A DNA stretch of 64,000 nucleotides from Pecten maximus (lineage: Eukaryota): contig NC_047022.1 of assembly GCF_902652985.1 (NCBI RefSeq), positions 35,650,001-35,714,000 on the forward strand. The letters are read 5' to 3'. The position numbers were made by a program, and so were the translations under genes. The notes beneath the pieces were generated by a model. It saw only the letters and a program-made list of their open reading frames with translations. It was not told where the DNA came from and searched no databases. How positions within the stretch are numbered: the first letter of the stretch is position 1; every line of letters starts with the position of its first letter. Of this stretch, positions 25,611 to 38,669 are shown one piece after another.

Positions 25611-26680
25611 TCCCGCCCCTCTGGCCCCCAGGGGGTTAGGTCCCCACCATTTATACAGTTTTGAATACTATGTATCCCCATAGTGATGCTATCATGGAGC
25701 TATGAGTGATATCCATTGCTAGGTTTCAGAGAAGAAGTCATTTATAACAATATAGCTAAATTGACCACATTTGGCCCCACCCCTCAGGCCCCTGGGGGGG
25801 TCAGCCAAATCATTTGTACAATTTTGAATCCCCACCCCATGGCCCATAGTGATGCTACCAGGCAAATATGAACGATATCTATGACTCGGTTTCAGAGAAG
25901 TTGTTTATATCAATTTAGCCCGATTGACCACATTTGGCCACACCCCTCAGGCCCCTTAGGGGTAATCATTTGTACAATTTTGATTCCCCACCCTATAGTG
26001 ATGCTACCAGAGAAATATGAGCGATATCCATTGCTTGGCTTCAGAGAAGAAGTCGTTTATATCAATATAGCCCAATTGACCACATTTGGCCCCGCCCCTC
26101 AGGCCCCTGGGGGGTCAGCCCCATCATTTGTACAATTTTGAATCCCCATTCCCTTAGGGATGCTACCAGACAAATATGATCGATATATATCCATTGGTCG
26201 GTTTCAGAGAAGAAGTCGTTTTTAGCTCGTCTCTTTGAAGAAGAGTGAAAGCTCATGTCGTCACTCCGGCGTCGGCGTTGGTTTTTCAAATGTTAAGTTT
26301 TTGGTGCAAGTGTTGAAAGGCATAGTAATTTATGATAATATGGTCCCTGTGGGGGTTAAACTATCCCCGGCTGGAGTTAAACAGATTTTTGATTTTTTTT
26401 TGGACTTAGAAAATTACTGCGTTAAGTTTTTGGTGCAAGTGTTGAAAGGTATTAATACATCACTTTATAATTGTACTAGGGTGCTGATAATTGGCAATAG
26501 AGTCCCTCTGGAGTTAAACTATCCCCTGCCGTAGTTAAACTAAAAGATTTTTTTGGGGAAAAAAACCAACAGATTTTTCAAATTTTTGGACTTATTTTGG
26601 TGCAAGTGTTAAAAGGTTTTAATACATCACTTTATATTTATACTAGGGTGTTGATATTTGGCAATAGAGTCCCTATGGAT

Positions 26681-29133
26681 GATTAATTATTATTTCATAG
26701 ATTGTGTTTCTGTACATGATGGGAAGGCCGAGACATTAAATGAATGCCATTGTAGACAAGTGTAGTGAACTGGGAATGGATTGTACTAAAATCGTGAACA
26801 TGGCCAGTGATGGAGCATCTGTAATGACGGGAAAGGCAAATGGAGTTGGAGCTCGAGTCCGTGCTGATCACAGCCCACGTCTCCTTCAAGTCCACTGTGT
26901 TGCTCATAGACTTGCTCTAGCCGCTAGACAGGCCTGCAGAGACGTTCCACTTTTTGATGATTTTCAGAGAAGCCTTAAGTTGATTTATAGATACTTCCAC
27001 AATTCTGCTGTTCGTTACAACCAGCTCAGAGCAGTGGAGGCCCTTCTTCAGGATGACAACATGCGCTGTCTGTCATTGAAGGAACCTGCCAGTTCCCGTT
27101 GGCTCTCTCTTGAGGCTGCAGTGACAGCTATCTTAGATACATATCCAGCTCTACTTGTGACACTGGATAGTGATGCTGCGAAGGGTAGTACTGCTGGAAA
27201 TGCTGAGGCAAAAGGACTTCTTAATCGCATCAAGCCTGTGACCTTTGTACTCACCACTGCTTTTCTGAAGGATGTCCTGTCATGTGTTGGTAAACTCTCC
27301 AAGGTATTCCAGCGTGACCACGTGGATGTAGATACTGTTAATGTGATGGTGGATGCTACCCTTCAGAAACTGGAGTCTATAAAGACTGACAATGGACGAC
27401 ACCCCCAGGAGGTATATGACAAACTTCAGCAGCGTGATGGATATTATCAAGATGTAAAGATTCAGGACCGCCAGTCTATGCGGATTCAATTCCAGACAGA
27501 GGCCAACAAATACCTTGACAAGCTGTGTGAAAATCTTCGTGACAGATTTGAGCAGGACTCCTTGGGGAAGATACAGATGCTTAACATCATCCTCAATCCA
27601 GAATGCCTGCCATCCTCATTGACTGCAGTAACTGCCCATGGGAAAGAAGAGCTCCAGACTCTTGTTGATTTATATGGAGGGGAAGATCCACTGGATGATG
27701 GAGACCAACTGAAAGAGGACTTTGAACAATTCAAATGTGTTTTGAAATCACTCCGTGGGAAGTCTCTGAAAGACAGTTGTGTCCATATTGTTAGTAAATA
27801 CTCGGATGTATTTCCAGACTTCGCTATCCTCGCACAGATTCTTCTGGCCGCCCCTATGACATCTGTGGCATGTGAACGTGGATTTTCATCGCAAAATAGA
27901 CTAAAAACAAAAGCCAGGTCTTGTTTGAAACATGCTACTGTGACCAAACTCATTAGAATCTCGGAGGAAGGCCCCAGTGTGACAGACTTTGACCCCACTG
28001 TTAGCATCAGGAAGTTTGTGAAAACCAAACAGAGGAGGAAGTGAAATGGTGACAATGTGACTGAGGTCTAATAGAACAGCTAGTGTAACCTGTGTCTGCA
28101 ATTATCTTTTAAGTGTGACTGTGATATACTCTTATAAGTTAACTTATTTGTGAAATCCATATATCTTCCCTTAACTAACAGAGGAGGAAGTATAGTGAAA
28201 ATGTGACAGAGTTCTAATAGTGGGTAATAGAGCTATGCAACCTATGTCTGCAAGTGTTTTTTAAGTGTGACTGTGATATAATATAATATTTTATGATGTA
28301 AATGTTTGTAAACAGTGGCAAAATGTGAAATTCAAATATCTTTCCCTAACTACCTGGTAATTATAAATTTATGATCTAGCATTGTTACTATTGTATGATT
28401 TGGGAGTGTGACTTTCAATTTGTTAAATTACTGTATGTTATGGAAGTGTGACTGAGACAGAGAAATATAATTATATTAATAACATAAGGATGTCGACTAG
28501 TGCTGCAGGTTAAGTTTAGGATAAATGTAGAGTTTATTGTTGAAAGTGTTTGGTACATGTTGGTATATTTATTCAGAGAAAATACATATCACACCATTAA
28601 ATTATTTGTCAGTCTAAATGTTAAACATTGTTTGTTTGTTAATTTCTTATTGATCAATTTCAGTCATTTTCATTTCTTACTTCTTGATCATAACTTTTAA
28701 TTTCAATTGAAAGTTTGAAAAAGTCATGAAACTGTTGTAAAAGTAGAGGTATCGAATGTTTGATTTAAGACATGAAAATGACACAAATTCCTTCAATATT
28801 GTGCTAAAATCTTCTCCCATTGATGGACCAGCTCTAGATCTTCACAACCTGCTGTAAGGAAAAGTTCTTGATGTTTAGTTCAAGTCCAGCATATTACAGT
28901 ATTTGTAGTCTATTAGGTAAATTAAAAAAAAAAAAAAAAAAAAGATTAATACATGGATACAAACAATACAGACATTGTGCCAAAGTACGCGTTGACTTAA
29001 TCGTTTGATAAAAACTTGACACCTGACTTTTTGACATTCTATAATTTTGACTCTCAGGATTTGAATTTGACTCTCAGGATTTACAAGTCAAGGGTCACTG
29101 ACTCTTGACATTTTCCACCTACTGGATGCCCTG
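26681..29133 (+). mobile_element. Left-truncated hAT transposon
   Basis: Contains the transposase ORF, subterminal TTGACTCTCAGGATTT repeats (29047-29082) and right terminus ...CCTACTGGATGCCCTG (CAGGG-type TIR). Confidence 0.8.
26740..28044 (+). pseudogene. hAT transposase (ZNF862-like), N-terminally truncated, 434-aa open frame
   Basis: SDGASVMTG (catalytic D), HCVAHRLALA (CxxH), SRWLS and SVACERGFS (catalytic E, hATC). Homology extends upstream (INYYFIDCVSVHDGKAETL, from 26682) across a +1 frameshift at ~26739. The first catalytic D and DNA-binding domain are absent. Confidence 0.9.
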
Positions 29134-31094
29134 ATTAAGGCAATCCATTTCTGGAGTTAAACTTTTCTTTTTTTGTAGTCTTTGGAATTTATGTTAAGTT
29201 TGTGTTGCGAGCGTTGAAAGGCATAGTAATATATGGTATTAGGTTCCCTGTGGGGGTTAAACTTTCCCTTGTCTGAGCGAAACTGAAAGATCTTTTTGGG
29301 AATAAACTAGATTTTTCAAATCAATTGTGCAAGTGTTGAAAGCTATTAACACATCACTTTATGATTGTACTAGGGTGCTGAAATTTGGTAAAAGAGTCCC
29401 TCTGGAGTTACACTATCCCTTCTTGGAGTGAAACTGAAAAAAAAACAATGTGAAAATGCTCACATTAGACAATGTATACCGGTCCACATTTTTCAAGGGA
29501 GACAACTCTCATAAGGATAATATTCTATCAAAAAATTGAAGAAATAGGTCCAAAAGCAATTACATTTGTATTTAATGTATTCATTCAATCTACAACAGCA
29601 TAACTTGTCTCCCAAATGTTTGTCAATAAATAATTTATATATATATAAACTGGTATGGTTTTGAAAATTGTATGAATTCACAAAACACAATCTGATCAAG
29701 TAAACAATATAAATATTATTAATGCAATTTGCGAAACCATACCAATTAATATATTTGAATTATTTATTGACAAACATTTGCGAGACGAGCTATGCTGTTC
29801 TCCAACAGCTCTTGTTATCAATATAGCCAAATTGACCCCTTTTGGCCCTGCCCCAGAGGCATCCAGGGGGTCAGCCTCATCATCTGTACAATTTTGAGTC
29901 CCCTACCCATAGGGATGCTTCTGACCAAATGTATTCAAATTCCGATTAACGGTTATGAAGAAGTCAAATTAGTCAATTGTTGACGGTCGGACGACGGACG
30001 GACGACAGACGCCACAGTATGGCATAAGCTCACCTTGGTCCTTCGGACCAGGTGAGCTAACAAAAACAAAACAAAAAATAAAAAGTAATGTTATTACTAA
30101 AGATATATTTTATTAAAATACCGCTGTGCTGACATCCAAATTTGTAATTCTTTAAAACATCTTCTGTACAGTACATAACTGCCACAATTTCATTCATAAA
30201 GAAATAAAACACTGTCAATCATATTAAACATAACAATAATATTTTGAAAAATAATTGTACGTTGAATTTCATTATTCACAATAAATATTCTTGCTGTTCA
30301 TACCGTCAATGGTGTAAAAAGTGTTTAGTAATATATATTCACACATGTCCGAACCTTTGAAGGGGTCCAACTTTGTTAATAAAACATTTCTCGACACAAA
30401 AACAAAAAGTATTTTGAATAAATATATTGTAAATCACAGGTAGTATCTATACTGACTGTATGGACGAATACTTATTCACATTATGTGAATAATAAAAACA
30501 ATTGCATCGACCAAGAATACAGCGATAAAGAAACACGATTGTACCTTTATTCCTTGTCCCCTCAGCAGTCTTTAAAATTATCAAGCCCGGTATCATGGAC
30601 AGTTCCAATTCAATGGTGGATTAAAGTACTTCAGATATGTTCTCATCAAATGTTTAACCTCATACATGCACAATGTAGGAAAACGTGTAACACATATTTA
30701 CTCTCAAGGCATCAAATAATTATTACAACTGTTGGATACTATTCATTTTTATTTTATACAACCTGTGGAATAAACTCTAAATACGTTTTGACTGGTAACC
30801 GGTTGACACGGAGACCTTTGAACGGGACTTTTTTGTAATAACGTGGTTCAATGCGTTTTGACTGGCTAGTGTTGAAGGCCGCTTTACGAGGTCCCGGAAA
30901 TGATAACGAACAATTAAGTTTGCAGTTGTATTTGTCACATTTTTTTTTTTTTTTTTTCGCACTCAGGAAAAGGTTTATTTTCAGCATCAATGCATGGTTA
31001 CAATGCAACATAAAACATACTGTACGTATTTCTTTTTTAATTTTCTATGGGCTTAAAAATAATAAATAAAGAGTGAAAACAGAAATAAAGTTAG

Positions 31095-31472
31095 ATTTAG
31101 AGAGGGTGTGTGATAGTGCAGAGGGGGTGGGGGTAGAGATGGGATAGGAATGAGCGGGAAGTGGAGAAAGAAATTAGATAAATTCAGATTGCGAGAGGGA
31201 GATAAAAAGTAGGGGTGCAGGACAGAGGGAGGGAGAGATTAGGAAAAAGAGAGAGAGGTAGAGAAAAAACACTAAAAACTGGATAGATTGAGGCGGAGAG
31301 AGAGATGAAAAGTGAGGTGTTAACTTGTACTGAGAGAGAGAGAGAGAGGAGACAGACAGACAGAGATAGACAGACAGACAGTCAGAGAGATACATAGTGA
31401 GACAAAAAGAGACAGATAGAGACAGAGAGATAAGAGAGAGACAGAGAGATACAGAGAGAGTCAGAAAGAGGG
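31095..31472. repeat. GA-rich low-complexity / (GA)n-(GACA)n microsatellite
   Basis: Seen directly. Confidence 0.9.
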
Positions 31473-32249
31473 GTCTACATACAGTAAGGTGTGTGTCACA
31501 AAAATATATTTCTTGTAAGCGTTCATTCTTTTGTTTTTTCTAAAAATTTCATATACAAATGTATATCCTATGTCGTATTTTTCCATATTTGCTGATGGTT
31601 TTCCTTTTTTCCTTGTCATCATAGTGCTTCATTTTTATTATTTATTTATTTTCTTTTTTTTATGCATTCAATTTTTTTTTTCCAAATATTTGAATTAGTT
31701 CATGAATCATGAACACGGTCATCTGATCTATCATATCGAGCGTTCAGTTTCCGTGTTGGTCATATCAACTCTTATCACTTCCACTGATGGTCAATACAAC
31801 AGACCAGACACCACAATTTTTATTTCCATTGTTATATCTAAAGGTTTCTCAATTTCAATGTTTAGCTAAAAATCACGATAGTTCGGTTTCCGTGTTGGAT
31901 GTATCAAATACTTGCCTATTCCACAAACCATCGACACAACAAACCAAACACAAGAGTTGACTTTAAATACAAAACTTGTTAAATCATTTCATAAATTTTC
32001 AATGAAATAACGTAACATTCTTTTCTTTTCATAGATGTTTAACAATTCATATTTAAGTACTAAACATGGGTTCACAATTTTCCGTTTTTGTTCACTCCGA
32101 TGAAAAGTTTAAAGTTTATTTGTCACATTTAAAAAAAAAAAAAAATATGTATCTTCTATCAATTATTTGCTTTGAAAATAATAAAGCTTATTATTTGTAA
32201 TGATTTGTAATAAATTGTAATATTCATACATTTCCGAAAAATCCTTACA

Positions 32250-33312
32250 CAGAATTGTTAACAGTACTCACAATGTTTCTGTCCTTTATAAGCTTGTTAA
32301 CAGTCCTCACAATGTTCCTGTCCTGTAGAAGCTTGTTAACAATCCTCACAATGTTCCTGTCCTGAAGAAGCTTGTTAACAGTGCTCACAATGTTCCTGTC
32401 ATGTGGAAGCTTGTTAACAATCTTCACAATGTTCATGTCCTGTAGAAGCTTGTTAACAATCCGCACAATGTTCCTGTCCTGTGGAAGCTTGTTAACAATC
32501 TTCACAATGTTCATGTCCTGTAGAAGCTTGTTAACAATCCTCACAATGTCCCTGTCCTGAAGAAGCTTGTTAACAGTGCTCACAATGTTCCTGTCCTGAA
32601 GAAGCTTATTAACACTCCTCACAAAGTCCCTGTCCTGAAGAAGCTTGTTAACAGTGCTCACAATGTTCCTGTCCTGAAGAAGCTTATTAACACTCCTCAC
32701 AATGTCCCTGTCCTGAAGAAGCTTGTTAACAGTGCTCACAATGTTCCTGTCCTGAAGAAGCTTATTAACAATCCTCACAATGTCCCTGTCCTGTAGCTAT
32801 AGAAACGTGTTAACAATCCTCACAATGCTCCTGTCCTGTGGAAGCTTGTTAACAGTCCTCACAATGTACCTGTCCTGTGGAAGCTTGTTAACAGTCCTCA
32901 CAATGTTCCTGTCCTGTGGAAGCTTGTTAACAATCCTCACAATGTTCCTGTCCTGTAGAAGCTTGTTAACAATCCTCACAATGTTCCTGTCCTGTAGAAG
33001 CTTGTTAACAATCTTCACAATGTTCCTGTCCTGTAGAAGCTTGTTAACAATCCTCACAATGTTCCTGTCCTGAAGAAGCTTGTTAACAATCCTCACAATG
33101 TTCCTGTCCTTTATAAGCTTGTTAACAATCTTCACAATGTTCCTGTCCTGTAGAAGCTTGTTAACAATCCTCACAATGTTCCTATTGTGTAGAAGCTTGT
33201 TAACAATCCAGCTTATTAACAGTCCTCATAATATTCCTGTCCTGTAGAAGCTTGTCAACAATCCTCACAATGTTCCTGTCCTGTAGAAGCTTGTTAACAA
33301 TCCTCACAATGT
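32250..33312. repeat. 39-bp minisatellite (AGCTTGTTAACAATCCTCACAATGTTCCTGTCCTGTAGA), about 27 copies
   Basis: Seen directly. Confidence 0.95.
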
Positions 33313-33800
33313 TTGTTTGTTAGTTAGTTACAGGCGCCTACAGGACTCACCTATTGCTACATAAATGTAGGTGTTGTCTCATATTTACAGTCAGTATATT
33401 CTGTCATTGTCATTGCTCAAAGCCAACATCCAATCACTATATAGGCTTGAAAGTGAGCTTCTACCAGCAGAAGTGATCTGTACTCTCAACCATTACAATA
33501 TTATAGCATTCAGAGGACACGGACCATAATTTACAAAGGCACTACACTACAACCAGAGTTGGTCAATTCTTTATAATGAATCAATCCTTGCATCCTTAAT
33601 CTATTTTCATAAAAAGCATTGTTTGAGAAGCTTACATTTATGGTATTACTAAAGTGAAAAGAAAATGCATATCATCAAGTAGAACTCACATTAAACAAAA
33701 ATACATAACACATTTAATTTTTTCAGAGCTTCAGACTATCATTTTTAAGGAACTCTGACAAACAGGTATTTAGCTTTTGATTTAGGAGACCAATATCTTT

Positions 33801-34602
33801 AACTAGAAGACCTATGGACATGTATTGATTGCTGACCTGCTACTCCATTACACAATCATAAAATTAATCTATGTGATTTATATGGATGCTAACCCAAATA
33901 CCTCATTTTAATGACAGGAGCCTTAGTGTATTCTTCCTAGCATACACCAAGCCTATAGGACCACCACAGCTTTTTTGTTTATTGGACACCTGTGACCTTG
34001 AAACTCAATGTTCTTCATTTGAACAAAATTGTTACCTCTTCATCTAAGGGATACTTGCTAACTCAATATCATTAAGCATCTTGCAACTGGTTAATGAGAA
34101 GAGATTGTTTAAAGATTTTACCACATTTGACTCTTGTGACCTGCAATGTAAATCTACTGTAGGTCATTTTACCTGAACAAAATCGGTAGCCGTTCATCCA
34201 AGCATGCTACATGCAAATTACTAGATCTCCCTGTACCTGGATTATTGAAAAGAAGTTTTTGTTTAAGGATTTTTGCATATATGACCCCTGGCCCAGTGAC
34301 CTTCAATGTAGGTCAAGTAATTCATTTGAACAAACTTGGTAGCTCTTAACTCTAGCATACTACAAAACCAATATCAGATCTCTGGGCCTCTTTGTTACTG
34401 AGAAGATTTTTTTTTAAAGATCTTACATTGAAATTGGTGAGTCTGAATATAGGTCAAGGTCATTCATTTCAACAAACTTGGTAGTCATTTACCTCATCAT
34501 GCTGTAGGCCCAATATCAGGTCTATGGTTCTTGGTTATTCAGAATTCAGAATTTGCCCCACTATGGCATAATAACACTTGGCCTTCGGGTAACTGTGTTA
34601 AA
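33801..34602 (-). mobile_element. Degenerate HINE
   Basis: Starts AACTAGAAGACC, ~155-bp cores (TGAACAAACTTGGTAG), ends AACACTTGGCCTTCGGGTAACTGTGTTAA. Confidence 0.6.
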
Positions 34603-35055
34603 CAAGAGGCTCAATAGGCCTTAACATTCACTTAAGTCTAAAGTCCCTTGTACTACCGTACTGTAGTGTACATATTCATGCAGTAGCAAGTATAGTGGTA
34701 CAGGTGGCAAAGGCTGCCATGGTGGCCATCTAGGATTTCAGACCCAAAAAGTTACAACACTTGGCCAGGACCATCTCAGGATCAATTCAGGTAAATTAGA
34801 GCTGAATCCCACTAGGGGCCTTAAGAATTGTGAAATATATGTTGTTCAGGAAAATGATGATTGCACAATCATGTTACAAAATGGCCAGAAAGTAAAAGAT
34901 TAATCTGTTTAAACTGTAAAGTAGTAGATTAGCTAATGTAATTTAGAAAGATTTGGCCCTGAAAACTACAATTCCATTGCTTCTTACAGTATACAATCTG
35001 CACACAGTAGGTAAAATATACCCACTTTGTTGTGAATATGTCTAAGATTTTTTCT

Positions 35056-37233
35056 TCATTTCACTTCCTTGAATACAAAGCCACTGAACTGTCCTTGTTT
35101 GATGTTTGTGCCATTCAGTCCTTTTTCATTTGGCATGAAGGTAATGGTCATTCCCTCCTGTTGTTTTTGAACGACACCTCTATCACCATAGTAACTGACT
35201 GGGCCTTCCATCGCCATCAACAGAGTGTAACAAATTTCTCTTTTCATCATCAATGGAGGATCAATCTCCAGTGGGTAAGTCTTGGTGTAGCCATCTGTTT
35301 CAAGTTCAATGCTTTTTTGACACAACTGATGTTCACCATCTTCTAATATCTTCAATGCTATTTTATATGAAGCTTGAAACTGGCAGCTCCCATAGATCAG
35401 CAATTCATGCAACCTGACATTATTGGATAGCATGAATGAGATGGCATCAGCATTTCCACGAAAATAACCTTTGCCACTCTTCACCCCAGAAAATCTTTCA
35501 AAAACGATTCTTCTATCTCTTGGTTGATCTGGATGGTCAGCCTTCTTTGAAGTTAAGAATCGGAAATTTTCCAGAATTTGATCTTGTGTCAATATCTCCA
35601 TGTGAGAGACTTTGTCTGAAAAATATGATTGTTCCATTCTTGCAAATCGAATATATGGCAAAATATTGACCAGGATACGGCGCATATTTTCACCGCTAGC
35701 TTCTATCGAATCAGTTCTACATTTTTGATTTGCCCACTTAATAACAGCTTCAAATATGTCTTTTTCTTCCATATTGATTCTGTGGAGTTTCAAAATCTCT
35801 ATCAGGCTGGCCTCGGTCAGTTCCAAGAATCCTCTTGTACCAAACACAGCATAGGAGTGAAGAATGATATGCTCCAAGCACAGTTCTTTGACCTCATCTT
35901 GAACCCAGATACATGCATGCATTAAAACCCAGCATACCCTGTTAGTTGAAATCATGCTTTTTATTCGCTCGATGCGTTTTTGAGCAAGACTTTTTAAGTT
36001 ATACTTTTGAGCTGCGTACAGCATAGGAAAGCTGTCCATCAAGTCCACTTTGGCATCATCACAGTAAATAAACCTGTAGAGAAGAAATTGATCATACTAT
36101 AATAGTATTTAAACTGAGAATCCAACAACTAATATGAACTGATGTAGCATGTTATTTTCAATCATAAGTGGGTCAAAATGCCATAATGGTGAAATGACCT
36201 GGGATCAAAATGCTATTATGGTGAGTTTACTGAAATGACCTGGGGTCAAAATACCATTAAACCATTCTGGTGAAATGATCCCCACAGTTGATCTGGATAC
36301 AGTAAGTTCAACTTGAATCCCAGTAGGGGAACATGAGAATAATTTCTAAATAGGTGTTATGCACGAAAACTTTGATTGTTTAATCCTAATACAAACAACC
36401 ACTATGACAACCATCAGATGACCTTCATAAATATAACAGCTACTTAAATGAATCACCTTCTGGTACTGTATATGATTGATTGTGTCTCACTTGCTTCATT
36501 TACAATAGTTGTTCTTGAAGCTTTTAATAATTTGACAAATATTTGAGGAATTAATTTTGTTAAGATGCTTTAGGTAACACATGATAATGTTGAGCGAGTT
36601 ATAACATAATGTACTAATTACGATACACTCTAGCCTAGCTCCTACACAGACTGGTTCAATCCCTTAAAAACCCATACCTGAAACATGCAATCATAAATGA
36701 AAGTGTTCTCCTCTACATGCCTGCACAACCAAGACTAAGTAATAAAAACACATTTCCACTTTCCAGTACACACATAATTACAGTATGTGTGCAGGTATAA
36801 AGCAAAGTCTCATATAGGGAATAGATGTTGGTAGGTAACTGATGACAGCCCTTGTTAAACCTTTAAATTAAATTATGTAAAATGGAAGCAATATAAAAAA
36901 TATAAATACAAATTATGAAATGTTTTACATGGAAAAACAGAAAACAAAATACCAATATACTTACTGTAACATCAACTTGAAGACAATAGGGTCAATATCA
37001 GGAATTGTTATCATGCTATTTAGTTCCGCCATAGATCCCTCAAACATGGCAAAGAACACATCACTTCTGGCCATTAATAGTGATTTATGGGCCCCAATTC
37101 GTCGTTGGTTGTCTGGTGGTCCGACAATAAAGTGGACATCACAGCCGATTTCCTGTTCCAGGATGTAGCGGTTACATTGAACCAGGGTTTTACCATCTCT
37201 CCAGTCCTGAGGTCCATCTCCTCCAGCTGCCAT
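35056..37233 (-). CDS. BTB-BACK-PHR protein (BTBD2/3/6-like CUL3 adaptor), paralogue 1, 428 aa
   Basis: Exons 37233-36965 and 36073-35056, phase-2 GT-AG intron. BTB (CDVHFIVG, AHK, RSDVFFAMF, FIYCD, AAQKY), BACK (EKDIFEAVIKWA, PYIRF) and PHR (DAISF, IYGS, NGTNIKQGQF). Confidence 0.92.
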
Positions 37234-37309
37234 TTATCTGTGTGGCGAGTAAATCTAGAAAGAGATACATTGTACATGCATACATTACCCCTGGGAGACT
37301 TTTCAGAAT

Positions 37310-38000
37310 CCTGTTAAAACTACTCTTATGACAATGGTCCTATCCTAGGCAAAAGGCATTGAATTAATATTGTTAGATTCTTAAGACAATAAGGGTTCTA
37401 TATACCCATTGGAGGCATTGAATAGTGTCAGAGTCTTGAACCTTTAGGGGTCCTTTACCCGACGGAGGTGTTAAATAGTGTCAGACTCATAAGCGTTAAA
37501 TAGTGTCAGAATCTTAAGCCACTAGGCGTCCTATATACCCAGTGGAGGACTGGAGGTACCCGTATTGATTAGTATCAGACTTCCTTAAGCCTTTAGGGGC
37601 CCTTTGCCAAATGGAAGCGTTAGATAGCATCAGAATCTTAAAACAATAAGGGTCCTTTATACCAAGTGGAGGCATTGAACAGCATCAGACTCTCAATTCT
37701 TTAGGGGTGCTACACTAACAGAGGCAATGAATAGCATCAGAATCTAAAGTCTTTAGGGGTCCTATACACAACAGAGGCATTGAATTCATAACATCAGACT
37801 CCTCTTAGCCACTTAGAGTCCTATACTGAATAGTGGCAGACTCTTAAGCAACTAGGTATCCTATAATACTGAATAGTGTCAGACTCTTATGCCACTTCCT
37901 GGGGTCCTATAACAAGCAGAGGCATTGAATTGAGTCCTATTAAAATCCTAAGCCACTTAGGGTCCTCATATATATCTAGCAGAGCAATTGAATAGCATCT
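37310..38000. repeat. Degenerate ~50-bp tandem repeat (GAGGCATTGAATAGTGTCAGACTCTTAAGCCACTAGGGGTCCTATAC)
   Basis: Seen directly, just upstream of the BTB paralogue 1 coding start. Confidence 0.8.
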
Positions 38001-38005
38001 GCTGG

Positions 38006-38117
38006 CTCTAAAGCTAGGGATCCCCTATCCCCAGTCGCAACATGTACATTTAACCTACAAAATGTATAAATGTGTTTAAAGGCCTCGACTGGGGATAGGG
38101 GATCCCTAGCTTTAGAG
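38006..38117. repeat. Perfect 32-bp inverted repeat with 48-nt spacer
   Basis: CTCTAAAGCTAGGGATCCCCTATCCCCAGTCG at 38006-38037; reverse complement at 38086-38117. Confidence 0.9.
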
Positions 38118-38669
38118 ACAAGCATGTTCCTACTGACCCCTGCTGAAAATAGTAACAGTGACCATGACCTTGCTCAAAAACCCTGAAACTTGAACTTGAT
38201 CTGTAGCTACTCATGCTTAAGCTACATACTTTCACCACCATACCTTAAGCATGGCTGTGAAAAGTACAGAAAACAGGGTGGACAGAATGACCGACTGACT
38301 GACAGACAGATGGGGAAGAAACATATACCCCCCCCACTCCCCGGTTTCACTGGTATGGGACAAATATGTAGTGACTCAAATTGAAAATATATCAATACTC
38401 TCACTTAGTAACAACTTTTACTGTTTCTCCTGGAAAGCTTGATGACTTATTTTCTGAAGGGAAGGGGAATAAAGCTCTACTGCCACCTACATGTATTGAC
38501 AGGTAGTAATGACTCCTCTCCGTGCATACAAAGCCTGGTCATCTCAGCTACTGTTTTGGATATTGTGGATATGGACATGAATGTGGTTTTGTGATGTTTT
38601 TCTCCAGTTTTCTCAAAACAAATTCACAGCTTGACATAAACAGGATAACATACGTAAAGATAAGAAAAT

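Larger units (their letters stand above)
26219..29816 (+). mobile_element. HINE family A, copy 2 (inverted relative to copy 1), interrupted by a hAT fragment
   Basis: Reverse-complement match to 23721-24940 at both ends. SubTIRs at 26224-26233 and 29782-29791. Inserted in a T-run of a HINE-B core. Confidence 0.88.
25290..30061 (-). mobile_element. HINE family B, hosting a SINE and HINE-A copy 2
   Basis: ~155-bp cores (TTTCAGAGAAGAAGTC..TTGACCACATTTGGCCCC) at 25290-26220 resume mid-unit at 29817. GGACGAC microsatellite and terminal AGCTCACCT-TGGTCCTTCGGACC-AGGTGAGCTAA. Confidence 0.8.

Noticed and set aside
26690-26702. Splice acceptor (TTTCATAG) making the transposase a domesticated exon
   Set aside because: Transposase-like coding continues through it (YYFIDCVSVHDGKAETL), and the downstream frame has a frameshift.
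27486-28055. 189-aa minus-strand ORF and other antisense ORFs over real genes
   Set aside because: Shadows of the transposase, BTB and secreted-protein frames.
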